Below are positions 63,258-64,000 of a DNA stretch of 64,000 nucleotides, one piece after another. The stretch covers positions 1,997 to 65,996 of the forward strand of contig CALRGT010000004.1 in NCBI GenBank assembly GCA_943358095.1, written 5' to 3'. Numbering within the stretch: position 1 is the stretch's first letter; each line of letters begins with the position of its first letter. This stretch comes from an uncultured Candidatus Saccharimonas sp. (GTDB lineage: Bacteria; Patescibacteriota; Saccharimonadia; Saccharimonadales; AQU-01). A program made the translations under genes and the position numbers. Under the pieces are notes generated by a model. It ran no database searches and was not told the origin of the DNA. It saw only the letters and a list, made by a program, of their open reading frames with translations.

Positions 63258-64000
63258 ATGTGTGGAATTATAGGATATGTAGGACCAGAGCAAGCTCAAA
63301 ACTTTATTCTAGACGGCCTAGCCACGCTCGAGTATCGCGGCTATGACTCGACTGGTTTAGTTGTGATTAATGATGATGGCGCAAAACTAGTGCGTAGCGT
63401 AGGCCGCGTGTCGAGCGTACGTGATGAGCTAGCCGGCAAACCCCTGATCGGAAAATTGGGCATAGGACATACACGTTGGGCTACCCACGGAGCGCCTTTG
63501 GAGCGAAACGCACACCCACATACTGACAGCGACAAACAGTTCTATGTAGTTCATAACGGTATCGTAGAAAATTTCCAAGACATTAAAACGATGTTGGAAG
63601 CGCAATCAGTTACTTTTAAATCCGATACAGATACTGAAGTTATTCCACAGCTACTTGCCTACAATTATAAAAAACTCGGAGATGTCAAAGAGGCTTTCCT
63701 GAAGACAATCAGAAGCCTAAAAGGTGCTTACTCTGTAGTTATGGTAACTCCACTTTCGCCCGACACAATGTACGCAGCAAGGCTTTCGAGTCCTTTAGTT
63801 ATTGGTATTGGCGACAAAGAAAATTTCATCGCTAGCGATCCTACGCCAATAATGGAACACACAAAAAAAGTAATATTCTTAAATGACTACGAGGCCGCCG
63901 TAATCACGGCTGAGTCTTGTGAGATTATCCATATCAAAAAAGGCAAACTAGCTAAACGAATCCCGGAAGAACTCGAATACGACCCAGAACAAGCTTTACT
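63258..64000 (+). CDS. glmS: glutamine--fructose-6-phosphate aminotransferase GlmS (5' part; continues beyond the window)
   Basis: MCGIIGYVG Ntn-amidotransferase N-terminus, then LEYRGYDSTG and GIGHTRWATHG. The frame is open to the window end and was not in the ORF track for lack of a stop. Confidence 0.9.
   Translation, partial: MCGIIGYVGPEQAQNFILDGLATLEYRGYDSTGLVVINDDGAKLVRSVGRVSSVRDELAGKPLIGKLGIGHTRWATHGAPLERNAHPHTDSDKQFYVVHNGIVENFQDIKTMLEAQSVTFKSDTDTEVIPQLLAYNYKKLGDVKEAFLKTIRSLKGAYSVVMVTPLSPDTMYAARLSSPLVIGIGDKENFIASDPTPIMEHTKKVIFLNDYEAAVITAESCEIIHIKKGKLAKRIPEELEYDPEQAL

Noticed and set aside
1-64000. CRISPR arrays, rRNA genes, transposases, integrases, phage structural genes
   Set aside because: I found no regularly spaced direct repeats, no rRNA-like sequence, and no ORF with recombinase, transposase or phage hallmark motifs in any frame.

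Overview
This 64-kb window comes from a compact, gene-dense bacterial chromosome of roughly 40-45% GC by eye. It holds about 75 protein genes, mostly on the minus strand, and many have overlapping stop and start codons. Recognisable content includes pilM/N/O-like type IV pilus genes, comEC, ruvB-ruvA-ruvC-yebC and an hrcA-grpE-dnaK-dnaJ block with CIRCE operators. It also includes rimK with a retropepsin-like partner, lepA, murJ, ftsH, tilS, three cupredoxin-like proteins and an RRM RNA-binding protein. Further genes are cardiolipin synthase, a WhiB-like protein, dus, an ABC-2 exporter, murC, tsaC, archaeal-type aspS, a CNNM/CorC-type protein and a DsbA/VKOR pair. The right end carries a Kef-type antiporter, nadD, uppP, envelope glycan genes and the 5' part of glmS. 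There are four intact tRNAs: Lys-UUU and three with a CAU anticodon. I saw no rRNA, CRISPR array, transposase or integrase. The gene set fits a reduced-genome lineage such as Patescibacteria/CPR (Saccharibacteria-like), but that is inference only. The most unusual signal is at the RNA/DNA level. Downstream of tRNA-Lys (8.1-9.5 kb) and especially tRNA-fMet (30.2-33.9 kb), short accessory genes are each followed by tRNA-derived elements. These elements keep the acceptor and T-stem 3' strand ending in ACCA, carry an expanded T-loop, and in most cases are followed by an intrinsic terminator. One 394-bp ORF-free, GC-rich block consists of three such modules in tandem. All functional calls rest on motifs I recognise by eye; no database search was possible.
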